A stretch of DNA of 19,801 nucleotides, from assembly GCA_038888155.1 (NCBI GenBank), contig JAWAJB010000013.1:1-19801 (forward strand). Direction: 5' to 3'. The notes beneath the pieces were generated by a model. It saw only the letters and a list, made by a program, of their open reading frames with translations, searched no databases and was not told the origin of the DNA. Shown piece after piece: positions 8,405-17,986 of this stretch. The stretch comes from Desulfurococcaceae archaeon. Lineage in GTDB: Archaea > Thermoproteota > Thermoprotei_A > Sulfolobales > Desulfurococcaceae. Position 1 is the first letter of the stretch. Every line of letters starts with the position of its first letter. A program made the translations under genes and the position numbers.

Positions 8405-10755
8405 GGACATACCCTCTTAAGAATCTTAAATAAGCTTTTAGAGAGTTCTGTTATTTCATCGTCGTTGGTCTCTTTACCGAGTTTTGTAGATTTTCTAGCG
8501 ATTACTTTTATGAGCTCAAATAATTCTCCAATTTCAAAAATGTAATCATTCAATTTCCTCCATTCCTCCATTCTTTTGGGTAATTTATTAAATTCCTCTA
8601 AAAGCTCCTGAAGTAATATCTCCGCTTTTACATCTTCATCTTTTCCAACCTTTGCATCAAGGTCGCTCAGAAGGTCTTTTGTTTCATTAGATATCTCCAT
8701 TATTTTGTTTAGGAAAGTCTCTAGGTCTGATAGTTTTCCGTCAGTGCCTAGTATATAAGTATTTTCTCCTTTTCTGGCAATCTCATCTAGGAGTAAAGAA
8801 AATACTTGATACCTTTTTACAGCAGTGTTTTTCCACGCTATAGGTATATCTTTAGCTTTGAAACCCTCTATTAAGGCTTCCGGGTTATATAAGTAGTATA
8901 ATTCCATGGGAGTGTTTCTTAGCACCACTATAGATAGTGTTGTATATAGTGTCTTCTCCGGGTTTCTTCCAGCTCTACCTATCCTTTGTGGTATGCTTTC
9001 CAGCATAAAGGGAACCCCAACTATCGTTATGAACGTTACGTTTGGGTAATCCACTCCAAGCTCAAGCGTTGATGTTGATATAAGAACCCCAAGCTTGCCA
9101 TCTACAAAGTCCTTCTCTATCTTCTCTCTATTTTTAATACCTGCATGATGCAACATTATCCTCTGAAATATTTCATTTGGAGTTTTTTCTGGATCAAATA
9201 CGCTAGGCTTTCCTACGTAGGGCCAATAAGCGTAGGGGTCAGCTGGATCAGGCACTAATCTTTGATTAAAGTGATCTTTTGGTTCATGATAGTATGTTGC
9301 TGCGACTTTTGCTTGATGAAAAACCCTATAGAGTTCTCTTATACTATCAATAAAGATGACTCCTTGCATTCTTCTGTAATAGTGTATTGTGCCTAACAGT
9401 AAGGCGAGCTCATAGACGACCGTTTCCCAAGATCTTAGTGGGTTTACCGCCATTATTAGGTAAATTACTTTTTTGTTCTCTCCTTTCTCTTTAGATTCGA
9501 TAAAAGCAATCTCTTTCTCAGGGTCAAGGTCGAGTAAATCTCTGGCAAAGGTATTTGGTTTGGATATTGTTGCTGAAGAAATTATAATTACGGGTTGCGA
9601 TTCCGAACTTATTTTCAATCTCTTGATTAAATATCGAACATTACCGCCAAGTAAAGATTGGTAAACATGCGCCTCATCTAGGATTATCATTTTTAAGTTC
9701 TTAAAGATGGCGTAATCGTATTGTATTGTTTTGCTCGGGATCCTCCAATCTAAGGTCCAGACATTAGTAAGCAATATATCGGGTTTTTTCTCCCATATCT
9801 CTTCTCGGTAACTAAATATCCAGTCAAAACTAGCGCCACAATGGGAACATCTTATCCATATTCCTTGTGCGGTTCTAACATATTTTAGCTCCCCACCTTC
9901 CTTCCCTTTGCTTCCACATGCTGGGCATATAGCCCCGCGAAAAGATGAATCGGATTCAATGTTCTTTTTCCATGGAGTCTCACCGTCATCTATAGCTATG
10001 GTAATTTTTGCAGTTTTGGGGCCGAAGGTTTGGATATACTGATTAACCCTATATAGAACTGCTAGTATCTTGTTAAATTGATCTCTTTCTAAGGATTTTC
10101 TCGGATAAATTAAGAGGATCTTTATGCTCTTCTCTTTTTCTCCCTTAATTTTATCAGCTAATATTTGAATTAATGCTGGTATGAAGAAGGCGTATGTTTT
10201 TCCACCAGATGTAGGCGCCATTAAAACATATGCCTTTTTGTCGCCTTGCAATATGCTTTTTATCGCTTTAAATTGGAAGTCTGAGAATCCTTCAATATCT
10301 CCTAGTCCTTCTATTCCCTTTGGATCCTTGTATAACGCGTGCTTAATGATCGGATAAATTTCAGAAGGAACTACGCTTGCTATTTCTTCAAACTTGTGAT
10401 CTTCAAAGCTCGGTATTTTCTCATTTCTTACGTAGATTTTTGTTTCTAGAGGATAACGTAAACTCCCATACTCGACGGTTATATTCGATGCTCTGTAAGC
10501 CAAGTCAAAGTGTAAACTTCTTATTTTATTCTGACCATTTGATACTATGAAGCCCATTTGAGTTAATTTATCCAGGATTTTCTTTGCATCGTTTTGACTG
10601 CACCTTAAGGACGCTGTTATAGCGTTAATGGCTTCGCCTTCAGTTAAATAGGCTTCTTTTATTCTTTGTTCATATGCCCTATATTTTGTATATTCTTGGT
10701 CTATAAGAGAATGGTATGCTAAAACAATATCTCTCAAGTATCTTCCCCGTTCCAC
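8401..10755 (-). CDS. YprA/MrfA/DrmA-like SF2 DEAH-box helicase (MZB domain encoded by the next gene)
   Basis: Q motif FSDFQ, APTSGGKT, IYPRKSLERDQ, inserted CPAC...CSHC, PDILLTN, DEAH, SSAT, HHAG, STSTLELGVD, QRIGRAGR; GTG start. Confidence 0.92.
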   Translation of the reverse strand: MERGRYLRDIVLAYHSLIDQEYTKYRAYEQRIKEAYLTEGEAINAITASLRCSQNDAKKILDKLTQMGFIVSNGQNKIRSLHFDLAYRASNITVEYGSLRYPLETKIYVRNEKIPSFEDHKFEEIASVVPSEIYPIIKHALYKDPKGIEGLGDIEGFSDFQFKAIKSILQGDKKAYVLMAPTSGGKTYAFFIPALIQILADKIKGEKEKSIKILLIYPRKSLERDQFNKILAVLYRVNQYIQTFGPKTAKITIAIDDGETPWKKNIESDSSFRGAICPACGSKGKEGGELKYVRTAQGIWIRCSHCGASFDWIFSYREEIWEKKPDILLTNVWTLDWRIPSKTIQYDYAIFKNLKMIILDEAHVYQSLLGGNVRYLIKRLKISSESQPVIIISSATISKPNTFARDLLDLDPEKEIAFIESKEKGENKKVIYLIMAVNPLRSWETVVYELALLLGTIHYYRRMQGVIFIDSIRELYRVFHQAKVAATYYHEPKDHFNQRLVPDPADPYAYWPYVGKPSVFDPEKTPNEIFQRIMLHHAGIKNREKIEKDFVDGKLGVLISTSTLELGVDYPNVTFITIVGVPFMLESIPQRIGRAGRNPEKTLYTTLSIVVLRNTPMELYYLYNPEALIEGFKAKDIPIAWKNTAVKRYQVFSLLLDEIARKGENTYILGTDGKLSDLETFLNKIMEISNETKDLLSDLDAKVGKDEDVKAEILLQELLEEFNKLPKRMEEWRKLNDYIFEIGELFELIKVIARKSTKLGKETNDDEITELSKSLFKILKRVCP

Positions 10756-10810
10756 TAATATTAAGTTTTAATTTTGATTAAATTATTATTGTTTGTGTCG
10801 GTGTTTAAGG
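10756..10810. promoter_or_regulatory. Compact bidirectional promoter between the two helicase genes
   Basis: 55-bp AT-rich gap; minus-strand TTTAAT starts 27 nt before GTG10755; plus-strand TTTTAAT at 10766. Confidence 0.55.
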
Positions 10811-13777
10811 ATGAATATACCTTATCCATTTTGTCTCTTAGATGAACGGATTCAATATTGGATCAGCAGGCTGGGGTTTTTGGAACCAACTGAAATTCAG
10901 AGACTTAGCATAGAGCCGATACTTAGAGGAGAGAGCGTTCTATTGGTTAGCCCAACGGGTAGTGGGAAGACGGAGGCTGCCGTCTTTCCGCTTCTGCATA
11001 GGATTTTAAAGGAGGAAAAGGGAGACTGCGTAAAACTGCTTTATGTTAATCCGCTTAAGGCTCTTACGAGAGACTTAACTGAAAGATTAAGGAGGATTGC
11101 CGATCTTTTAGGGTTGAAGGTTAGGCCCCTTTATGGCGATGTAAGTAAAGCCTTTAGGACCCCTGTTCCCGATATAGTCATTATCACCCCTGAGAGCTTT
11201 GAGATAATTCTCGACTGGGCTCCAAGCTGGTGGCCATATTTTAAGGCAATAAAATATGTTGTTGTTGACGAGGTTCATGAGCTTATTTTCTCTAAAAGGG
11301 GTTATCAGCTTCTGGTACTTTTGGAGAGGTTAAAGCATCTTTCTGGAAATAATCTTCAAAGAGTTTGTCTCTCAGCAACGGTTTGTAATGCCGATCTTGT
11401 TGCCGAGTTTTTTGGTGGCTCGGATGGTAAATTAAAAGTTATTCAAGCTTCTCAAGAAAGAGCGCATAAGTTTGACGTCAAGTTGGCGACACCTTTGTCT
11501 CAGGAGGAGACTGAGAATCCATTTCTTGCTGGTGCCAGAGCTATCTTTGAATCTCTTAATGGTAAGAAGTCTCTAATTTTTGTGGGGTCAAGATATTCCG
11601 CTGAGAGATTAAAGGCGGAGCTAGAAAGATTCGGCATTAATGTGGGTGTGCATCATGGCTCCATTGGTTTGGGGGAGCGGGAGATTTCTGAGGATGTCTT
11701 CAAGAAAGGAGATTTAAAGGCTTTGGTCGCTACTAAAACGCTTGAGTTGGGCATTGATATTGGTGATGTGGAGCAGGTTATTCAGTATAGGTCTCCAGGT
11801 CAGGTCATCGCTTTGATTCAGAGGGCTGGCAGAAGCATGCATAAGCCCGGAGAAGAGTCCCTCTGTAAAATCGTTTCTACGGATCCCGAAGATTTTTTGG
11901 AATGTCTAGCATTAGTAAATCTGTTTGATAGCGGTTTTCTTGAGAGACCAACCATTTTAGATAAACCTCTCGATGTTCTGGCAAAGGAAATTCTTGGGTA
12001 TGCTTTACATAATTATAGCGGTCGTAAAAGGTATGGGCGAGCTTTCACCCCGATAAATTTAGAGTCCATATATACAGTTATTATTCGCTGTTTTCCCTTC
12101 AAATCCTTAAGTGAGGGAGAATTTATAGAGGTCGTAAAAACCCTTGTTGAAGATGGGTTATTAACATTAGAGAAGAATGCGCCCTTTCCTGGACCCAAAT
12201 TTTGGAGAGTTTGGAAGTTTAAGGAGGATGAGGTAGCCGCGTGGCCTTCTTTAAACTTTAGAGAGTTTTTTAGTATGATTCCAAAAAGGGAGGTTTTTGA
12301 GGTTTGGGTTGATTTTGGGTTTGGTAAGCTGAAAAAGATAGGCGAGCTTGACTCCTTTTTTGTTTATAGGAGCCTTGCTACTGGCATGGTTATTAGGTTA
12401 GCTGGTTTTGATTGGAAGGTTGTCGAAATAGATGAAAGGAATCATATTGTTTACGTGACTGAGACTAAAGGTGGCGGCGAGGTTCCTGCTTGGAGAGGTG
12501 AAGGCCCGCAAAGAGATTACGCTATTGCTAAGGAGATGCTATCGATAATCGATAGGCTTATTAAGGGTAAAGTTGCTCTCGGTCCAGCGAGGGAAGACGC
12601 TGTAAAAATTCTCAATGAATACGTTAATAAGGTGGATAAGATCTTTGTAGATTCGCTTTTGAATGGGAAGATTGTTGTTGAGTATTGCCCTAATGAGAGG
12701 ACGTGGATTTTTATAACTTTCCTTGGCGAAAGAATTAATAGATCTTTAGCTTCCGCGATTTATGAGAGGATTGCCGAGAGCAGTTTACTCGTAAAATATG
12801 TTATTTCTCCTATAGGTTTTGCTTTTAAATCTGAGGTTATCAATCCTCTTTCTGCATTAAGGAGTATACGGTCTGATGAAGAGTTTAGGGATCTTGTTTG
12901 GAGACATATCAAGACAGCTTCGCCTTTTACTAGACTTATTAAAGATCAAATTAGCGAACATTTTGGTTTTCCATCTAATGAGGTTTTATTGGAGAGGGAG
13001 GCGGCTAAGCAGGCTAAAGAGGTTTACTATGACCTAGAGGGGGCGTTGGAGGTCTTTAAAAGGATTATATCTGGCCATATAGTGGAGGAGGTTGTGGCTG
13101 AGTTCTCTCAGTTAGGGCAGAGTATACTCCATTATCCTTTCGAGAGGTCATGGCTCGCTAGTCCATCCCTCATAGTGAGAGAAGCATTGAAGCATTATCC
13201 TTCTGGAACATTAGATGAGATTCTTGAGTATCTTTGGGGCAATCCTATAGAGGTTAAGGAGGAAATGAGGAAGTTAACAAAAGAAATCGATATCGTTGCT
13301 TTTCTTGACTTGGATCTGAAGGGTTGGAGCATCGCTCTAGTTCCGTTAGAGGAGGAGTGGGCTACAATTAGGGTTCCAGTTGCAACTAGATATTTTGTGA
13401 TCCGGAGTGATGATGATTTGAAAAAGGTTCAAGAGGAGCTAGAGAGAACTAAGTTCCCATTGAATGAGTTAATGGGACATGTTGTGGAGGTAACTTTCAC
13501 TAGGATTGAGGATGGGGTTGAGGAACCATATGATCTAAAGGTGACAAAGGTTTTTGATATAGTGCTTAACAATATAGTATCGAGCAGGATTATGAAAAAC
13601 ACTCATAAAATTGATTTTAAAGTGCACGTGAAGGGGACAAATGTAACTATAAAGCATTATGGTGTACCGACGGCGGTATTAACCCTATTAATCCGGAGAG
13701 ATATGGCGGCAATCCTCAATCTTCTTAAGCAAGGTATAGTTAGTGGAAAAAGAAATGTCATATTTGAGCTTCCTTAA
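10811..13777 (+). CDS. lhr: Lhr-family SF2 helicase with a C-terminal extension (alternative start TTG10793)
   Basis: PTEIQ, SPTGSGKTEAA, YVNPLKAL, DEVHEL..SKRG, SAT, HHGSI, ATKTLELGIDIG, QRAGRSMH, PLDVLA, IGELDSFFV and VPAWRGE are Lhr-core signatures. Confidence 0.92.
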   Translation: MNIPYPFCLLDERIQYWISRLGFLEPTEIQRLSIEPILRGESVLLVSPTGSGKTEAAVFPLLHRILKEEKGDCVKLLYVNPLKALTRDLTERLRRIADLLGLKVRPLYGDVSKAFRTPVPDIVIITPESFEIILDWAPSWWPYFKAIKYVVVDEVHELIFSKRGYQLLVLLERLKHLSGNNLQRVCLSATVCNADLVAEFFGGSDGKLKVIQASQERAHKFDVKLATPLSQEETENPFLAGARAIFESLNGKKSLIFVGSRYSAERLKAELERFGINVGVHHGSIGLGEREISEDVFKKGDLKALVATKTLELGIDIGDVEQVIQYRSPGQVIALIQRAGRSMHKPGEESLCKIVSTDPEDFLECLALVNLFDSGFLERPTILDKPLDVLAKEILGYALHNYSGRKRYGRAFTPINLESIYTVIIRCFPFKSLSEGEFIEVVKTLVEDGLLTLEKNAPFPGPKFWRVWKFKEDEVAAWPSLNFREFFSMIPKREVFEVWVDFGFGKLKKIGELDSFFVYRSLATGMVIRLAGFDWKVVEIDERNHIVYVTETKGGGEVPAWRGEGPQRDYAIAKEMLSIIDRLIKGKVALGPAREDAVKILNEYVNKVDKIFVDSLLNGKIVVEYCPNERTWIFITFLGERINRSLASAIYERIAESSLLVKYVISPIGFAFKSEVINPLSALRSIRSDEEFRDLVWRHIKTASPFTRLIKDQISEHFGFPSNEVLLEREAAKQAKEVYYDLEGALEVFKRIISGHIVEEVVAEFSQLGQSILHYPFERSWLASPSLIVREALKHYPSGTLDEILEYLWGNPIEVKEEMRKLTKEIDIVAFLDLDLKGWSIALVPLEEEWATIRVPVATRYFVIRSDDDLKKVQEELERTKFPLNELMGHVVEVTFTRIEDGVEEPYDLKVTKVFDIVLNNIVSSRIMKNTHKIDFKVHVKGTNVTIKHYGVPTAVLTLLIRRDMAAILNLLKQGIVSGKRNVIFELP

Positions 13778-13826
13778 CAAATGCAATAATTCCGTTTAAT
13801 GTTGTTTTAAAGGAACTTAATTAAGT

Positions 13827-16800
13827 TTATTCTCCGAGGTTTATTTGCGAGAATATTTTCTTCCAAACCAAGTCTTCAACTTTTGCTCTTATCTTTGCAT
13901 CCGGAATCGTGGTTAATAAGAGATCATTAATATCCTTTTTAAGTTTCTCGTAATCTTTTTCAAAGGCTTCTACTGCTTTCTCAAGAGAATGTTTGTCCAA
14001 GGGTATTTTAACTAAGGATGATCCAGTTAAGGCAGCATAATACACAAATCTGACTTCTTTTTCTTTCCAACTTCTATAAATTTCCTCATCACCCACTTGC
14101 ACATAGAAGCCACTTAAATCGCTTCCAAAGACAACTTTACCTTTAGGAATACTTATTTCATTAGACCATAAACCACGATAGTCCTTTAGATAGTCTCTTG
14201 GAAATTTTTTAACCTGACCAGTTAACCTACTTACAATATTATTGGCTAAGCTTTCAATATTAACTCCTCTCTTCTTCTTTCTTTTTTCAACTGTTTCAGC
14301 CCTTTCAATCCTAGACTTAACAAGGTCTATAACAGCTTTGTAAACTTCAAGTTGCTCATCTTCTGTTAAGCCTAAAATTTCGCCCATAACTATTCTGTCC
14401 AGCTCTCTACGATCAGGCTTGACTTTATCTAGAGAGATTTCTTCCAAAGAAGCTGAGCCTAATTCTTCAAAAATTGAGCCGATCGAGCGTTGAGAGATCC
14501 TTTCTAATGATTTTCTGAGCTTGTATATATGCTGAATAGAAAGGTTGGATGTATTAATAACCGGTAACGAGGCAACTTCATATACAGCAGTAAAGAGTGC
14601 TCCTTGTCCTAACTGAACCGTACCAATCATTTCTGCAAATATAGGAATTACCGTAGAGTTTAGGAATGCGCCTAAGACCTCCGTGTCTCCTTTAGGAAGT
14701 ATGCCATACATCACTTTGTCTATTAAGACATTTCCTTTATTAAGAAAAACTCCAAAGGCTTCGTTATAAGTTGAACGCCATACTAGTGGATAATTCACCA
14801 TCCCTATTTCATACCATCGCTGTCTCGATGCGCATGTTGGACGTTTATGGAATCCCTGTTCTTCCCCCCACTCAATATACTTTAAGACATTTGTTCCTCT
14901 TAGTTTCCTCTTATCCTTATGTATCATTAGAACTCTGTATTTGAGATCTTTAGGATTAACGATTATGGATTTACATTCTCTCGGAGATTTTATTACGTAA
15001 TTCGGAATCCATATAACATTGCCATCTACTAATACATCATCGAGCTTATAGTCTTTTGAATATTGTGAATCCTTGAAATATTCGCCATCTTTATCTAGCC
15101 ATATATCCTCTTTTGGAATATAATCCTTTATCTTAAGCCATTCATCACATCTTACTGGATGCATCCAGAATTCTCTTTCAATCCCAAGCTCCTTTATCCT
15201 CTCTTCAGTTAAGTAGAAAAATTCATTTGCACCTGTTTTAATACCAAATCTCACTTCGGCAACTTTCTTTAAGGGAACAAACAGGTCTTTGCCCTTCTCT
15301 AGGATCTTGAAGAATATTTCCGGCGCCCGTATATATTTACCCCATTTAGATCCCTCATACCTTCCTTCCTCTTCATCCCAGCCCTCAGCCCATAAATCAG
15401 CCTGACTAACCATAGTAATCCTAAAATTATCATCCTCGTACATGAGGAGAGTTTTGCCGAGAAACTCTATCTTCTTAATGCGGTTAGCCAAGCGCTCATC
15501 CCTATCGCAATTCTCTATAAACTCGACAAACCTATCAACAGTTTTCCAGCGCTCCTCACTTTCAGCCACCGGCAAAAGATCCCTAAGTCTCTTCTTCAAA
15601 TAAATAAATTTTACAAGATTTGAGTTCCTAGCCTTTTCATCACTACACTTTTCAAGTATAGTTATCGCCGTATTTATGTCAGCATCCTCAAACCAGCGCT
15701 CAACCTTAGACTCGATAACAGCAATGATCCTAAAGTTCTTTAAGAAAAATTCCTGCAGATGCTTGCCAAAATCAACATCAAGCCACGAATTAGAAGTTAT
15801 AAGACCCATCCTACCATCCTTAGCAAGAAAGCTCGCACCATGAAGGAAGAAATAAACGTATATACTTGACCTCTTGCTAACCTCAATCCCATGAGCTGCC
15901 TTAACAAGCTCCCTAAGTCTATCCTTATACCCGCCAAGAAAGACATCCTCCATTTCCTCCTGCCTAGTATAAGGCGGATTCGTAACAACAGCCTTAAAAT
16001 CTTTGGGAAATTCTGCCTGAAAATCCTCACCCTTAACCTCCGGCAAGGGGAAAGCCAACTCGTATAGTGGCGCCCTCACCTCAGGTCGAACATCAAAAAA
16101 GTCTCTACAAGCAACAGTCGGGACACTTTCAATGGAGGCGATCTCCTCCCTCATTAAATTTATTAATGCAAGATGAGCTGGAAACTTAGCCACATCAACG
16201 CCATAAATCTCTCTTATAAGCTCTTGATGCGATTTAATGGGCTTAGAGTATCTATTCTCTCTAAACAGCTTTTGCGCCAAATACTTCTTCCTCTGATAAG
16301 CCCTAACAAGGAACGTTCCAGAACCACATGACGGATCTATAACCTTATCGTCAGGATGCTTGACCGTGAAGCCCAAAATCAAATCCACAATATCTGTAGA
16401 AGTAAAGTACTGACCAAGCTTGTGCCTTTCAGTCTTAGGTATGAGCTTCTCAAATATCTTGCCAACAATATCGTAACCGAGTTCTGAGAAGTCATACTTA
16501 TTAAGCTCATTAATTAACCGCTTAATATCTTCAACAATAACATCTGGAATAGGAATCTTCTCGAGAAAATCCGTAGCAAATATTACACCATAACGTGGAT
16601 TAATCCTAATCCCATAATTAAAGTACTGTTGCAAAACCTCTTTAAGCTGGTCTCCCGTAATCACACCACTAACATCAATATCCCTTAGCCCCAACTTCTC
16701 CTTGAGAATGTTATAGAAGAGAATCTTATTGATCAGCAAGTATATAGCCTGTCTAGAGACCCTATCATAATCCTCCTCACTATCCTCAAAAATCCACCCT

Positions 16801-17459
16801 TGACTAACAAACCACTCAGCCAGCTTATTAAGAAACTCCGGATCCTTCTCCTTCCTAACAATCAAGTCATTAGAAAGCGGTATGTAAAGCGAATCAACAG
16901 CAGTCCTAAGATAATAAACAAGAATCTCATCGGGAGACAGCTTAGGGAGCACAAAAACCTCAAGAGGCCTAGGCTTGGCGACCTTAACCTCATAATATGC
17001 CCAAAGATTCTTAAGGAATCTAACCAAGAAAGACTTAACCGCTCTTTCAACATCACTTCTAGTCAAATCCCCCAAATCCTTAATGTCGAGAACATCCTCA
17101 TGAAGAAGCCTCCTATCAAGCAGCGTGGTTCCAGGGCGAAAAGTCTCCCAAAGAACAAATTTATTAATGTTCCATGTAGCAAAAAATGGAATCCCCGCCT
17201 CAGTAGCCTTCCTCAAAGCATCGCTAATAAGCTCCTCATCATAAGCGCTAACAGTCGGCCTCTTAAGCTCTATCAAACAAGCAACTCCGCCAGAAGAATC
17301 CCAAATAACAATATCAGGATACTTAACCAAGCCAGAAACAGTCCTCAACTGAACCTCCTGATCAGCCCTAACAAAACCAATCCCCAAATCACAAATAACC
17401 TTATTAAGCCACTGCAAAACGACGCCCTGAGCCCAACGCTCATTATAATGAACGCTCAT
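13827..17459 (-). CDS. Fused restriction endonuclease-N6-adenine methyltransferase (Type IIG-like), 1210 aa
   Basis: N-terminal YPDIVIW...LIELKRP (PD-(D/E)XK); LGQYFT; VIDPSCGSGTFL; VVTNPPY; GIKTGANEFF and a C-terminal TRD-like region. Confidence 0.93.
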   Translation of the reverse strand: MSVHYNERWAQGVVLQWLNKVICDLGIGFVRADQEVQLRTVSGLVKYPDIVIWDSSGGVACLIELKRPTVSAYDEELISDALRKATEAGIPFFATWNINKFVLWETFRPGTTLLDRRLLHEDVLDIKDLGDLTRSDVERAVKSFLVRFLKNLWAYYEVKVAKPRPLEVFVLPKLSPDEILVYYLRTAVDSLYIPLSNDLIVRKEKDPEFLNKLAEWFVSQGWIFEDSEEDYDRVSRQAIYLLINKILFYNILKEKLGLRDIDVSGVITGDQLKEVLQQYFNYGIRINPRYGVIFATDFLEKIPIPDVIVEDIKRLINELNKYDFSELGYDIVGKIFEKLIPKTERHKLGQYFTSTDIVDLILGFTVKHPDDKVIDPSCGSGTFLVRAYQRKKYLAQKLFRENRYSKPIKSHQELIREIYGVDVAKFPAHLALINLMREEIASIESVPTVACRDFFDVRPEVRAPLYELAFPLPEVKGEDFQAEFPKDFKAVVTNPPYTRQEEMEDVFLGGYKDRLRELVKAAHGIEVSKRSSIYVYFFLHGASFLAKDGRMGLITSNSWLDVDFGKHLQEFFLKNFRIIAVIESKVERWFEDADINTAITILEKCSDEKARNSNLVKFIYLKKRLRDLLPVAESEERWKTVDRFVEFIENCDRDERLANRIKKIEFLGKTLLMYEDDNFRITMVSQADLWAEGWDEEEGRYEGSKWGKYIRAPEIFFKILEKGKDLFVPLKKVAEVRFGIKTGANEFFYLTEERIKELGIEREFWMHPVRCDEWLKIKDYIPKEDIWLDKDGEYFKDSQYSKDYKLDDVLVDGNVIWIPNYVIKSPRECKSIIVNPKDLKYRVLMIHKDKRKLRGTNVLKYIEWGEEQGFHKRPTCASRQRWYEIGMVNYPLVWRSTYNEAFGVFLNKGNVLIDKVMYGILPKGDTEVLGAFLNSTVIPIFAEMIGTVQLGQGALFTAVYEVASLPVINTSNLSIQHIYKLRKSLERISQRSIGSIFEELGSASLEEISLDKVKPDRRELDRIVMGEILGLTEDEQLEVYKAVIDLVKSRIERAETVEKRKKKRGVNIESLANNIVSRLTGQVKKFPRDYLKDYRGLWSNEISIPKGKVVFGSDLSGFYVQVGDEEIYRSWKEKEVRFVYYAALTGSSLVKIPLDKHSLEKAVEAFEKDYEKLKKDINDLLLTTIPDAKIRAKVEDLVWKKIFSQINLGE

Positions 17460-17619
17460 GAATAACGCCTCTTAAAATCAATCTCCATCTCTTACTGAAA
17501 TAAATTATCCATACCATGGTTATATTTTTTACTTATTACACTTTCATCCTAAGAACAACAAATATTTCATAATATTCTCAATGACCACCTTCCGAAAGGT
17601 TTCAACGCAACAACCATGC

Positions 17620-17928
17620 CTATGAGTTTGAATGATTCTTCATGCTCTTTCCACACAACATTATTCCATTTAAACGCGTAAAAATAACATACCTAGTTTT
17701 TCCACGACATAACACCCCACAGTGCTCAATAGTCTTAAGAACCCTAAGTTTAAAGTTGTAAAGGAAGCATAGCAGCACCATTACACTGCAATTAGAGCAT
17801 ACTTCATATTGCAGCACTGGCGGCCTCATAATGATGCCATCATCCTCCGCTTCAACAGCACATAAGCAGATCTTCCTAAGACCGAAAACAAGCCTCCTCG
17901 TACCCTCCAATTCTTCCTGCATGCTCAT
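17620..17928 (-). CDS. Hypothetical protein, possibly degenerate
   Basis: GGGGTGA SD before ATG; protein-like N-terminus (EELEGTRRLVFGLRKI...AVEAEDDG) but less convincing downstream. Confidence 0.35.
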   Translation of the reverse strand: MSMQEELEGTRRLVFGLRKICLCAVEAEDDGIIMRPPVLQYEVCSNCSVMVLLCFLYNFKLRVLKTIEHCGVLCRGKTRYVIFTRLNGIMLCGKSMKNHSNS

Positions 17929-17956
17929 CTTCATCACCCCCACTAATAATTGGTTT

Positions 17957-17986
17957 GCAGGGGTTCACATCCTGCCCGGAGCACCA
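17957..17986 (+). repeat. Degenerate tRNA 3'-end fragment (att-like remnant)
   Basis: GCAGG-GGTTCACAT-CCTGC-CCGGAGC-ACCA = T-stem/loop, 3' acceptor strand, discriminator and CCA; no 5' half nearby. Confidence 0.65.

Noticed and set aside
2458-17056. Small ORFs nested in long genes (2458, 3927, 4673, 5042, 6444, 7719, 8342, 9473, 12013, 15797, 16862)
   Set aside because: Antisense or off-frame to well-supported CDSs, with no independent signals.
16800-17465. 221-aa + strand ORF
   Set aside because: Antisense shadow of the RM gene; N/K/I/P/L-rich composition explained by strand bias; no motifs.
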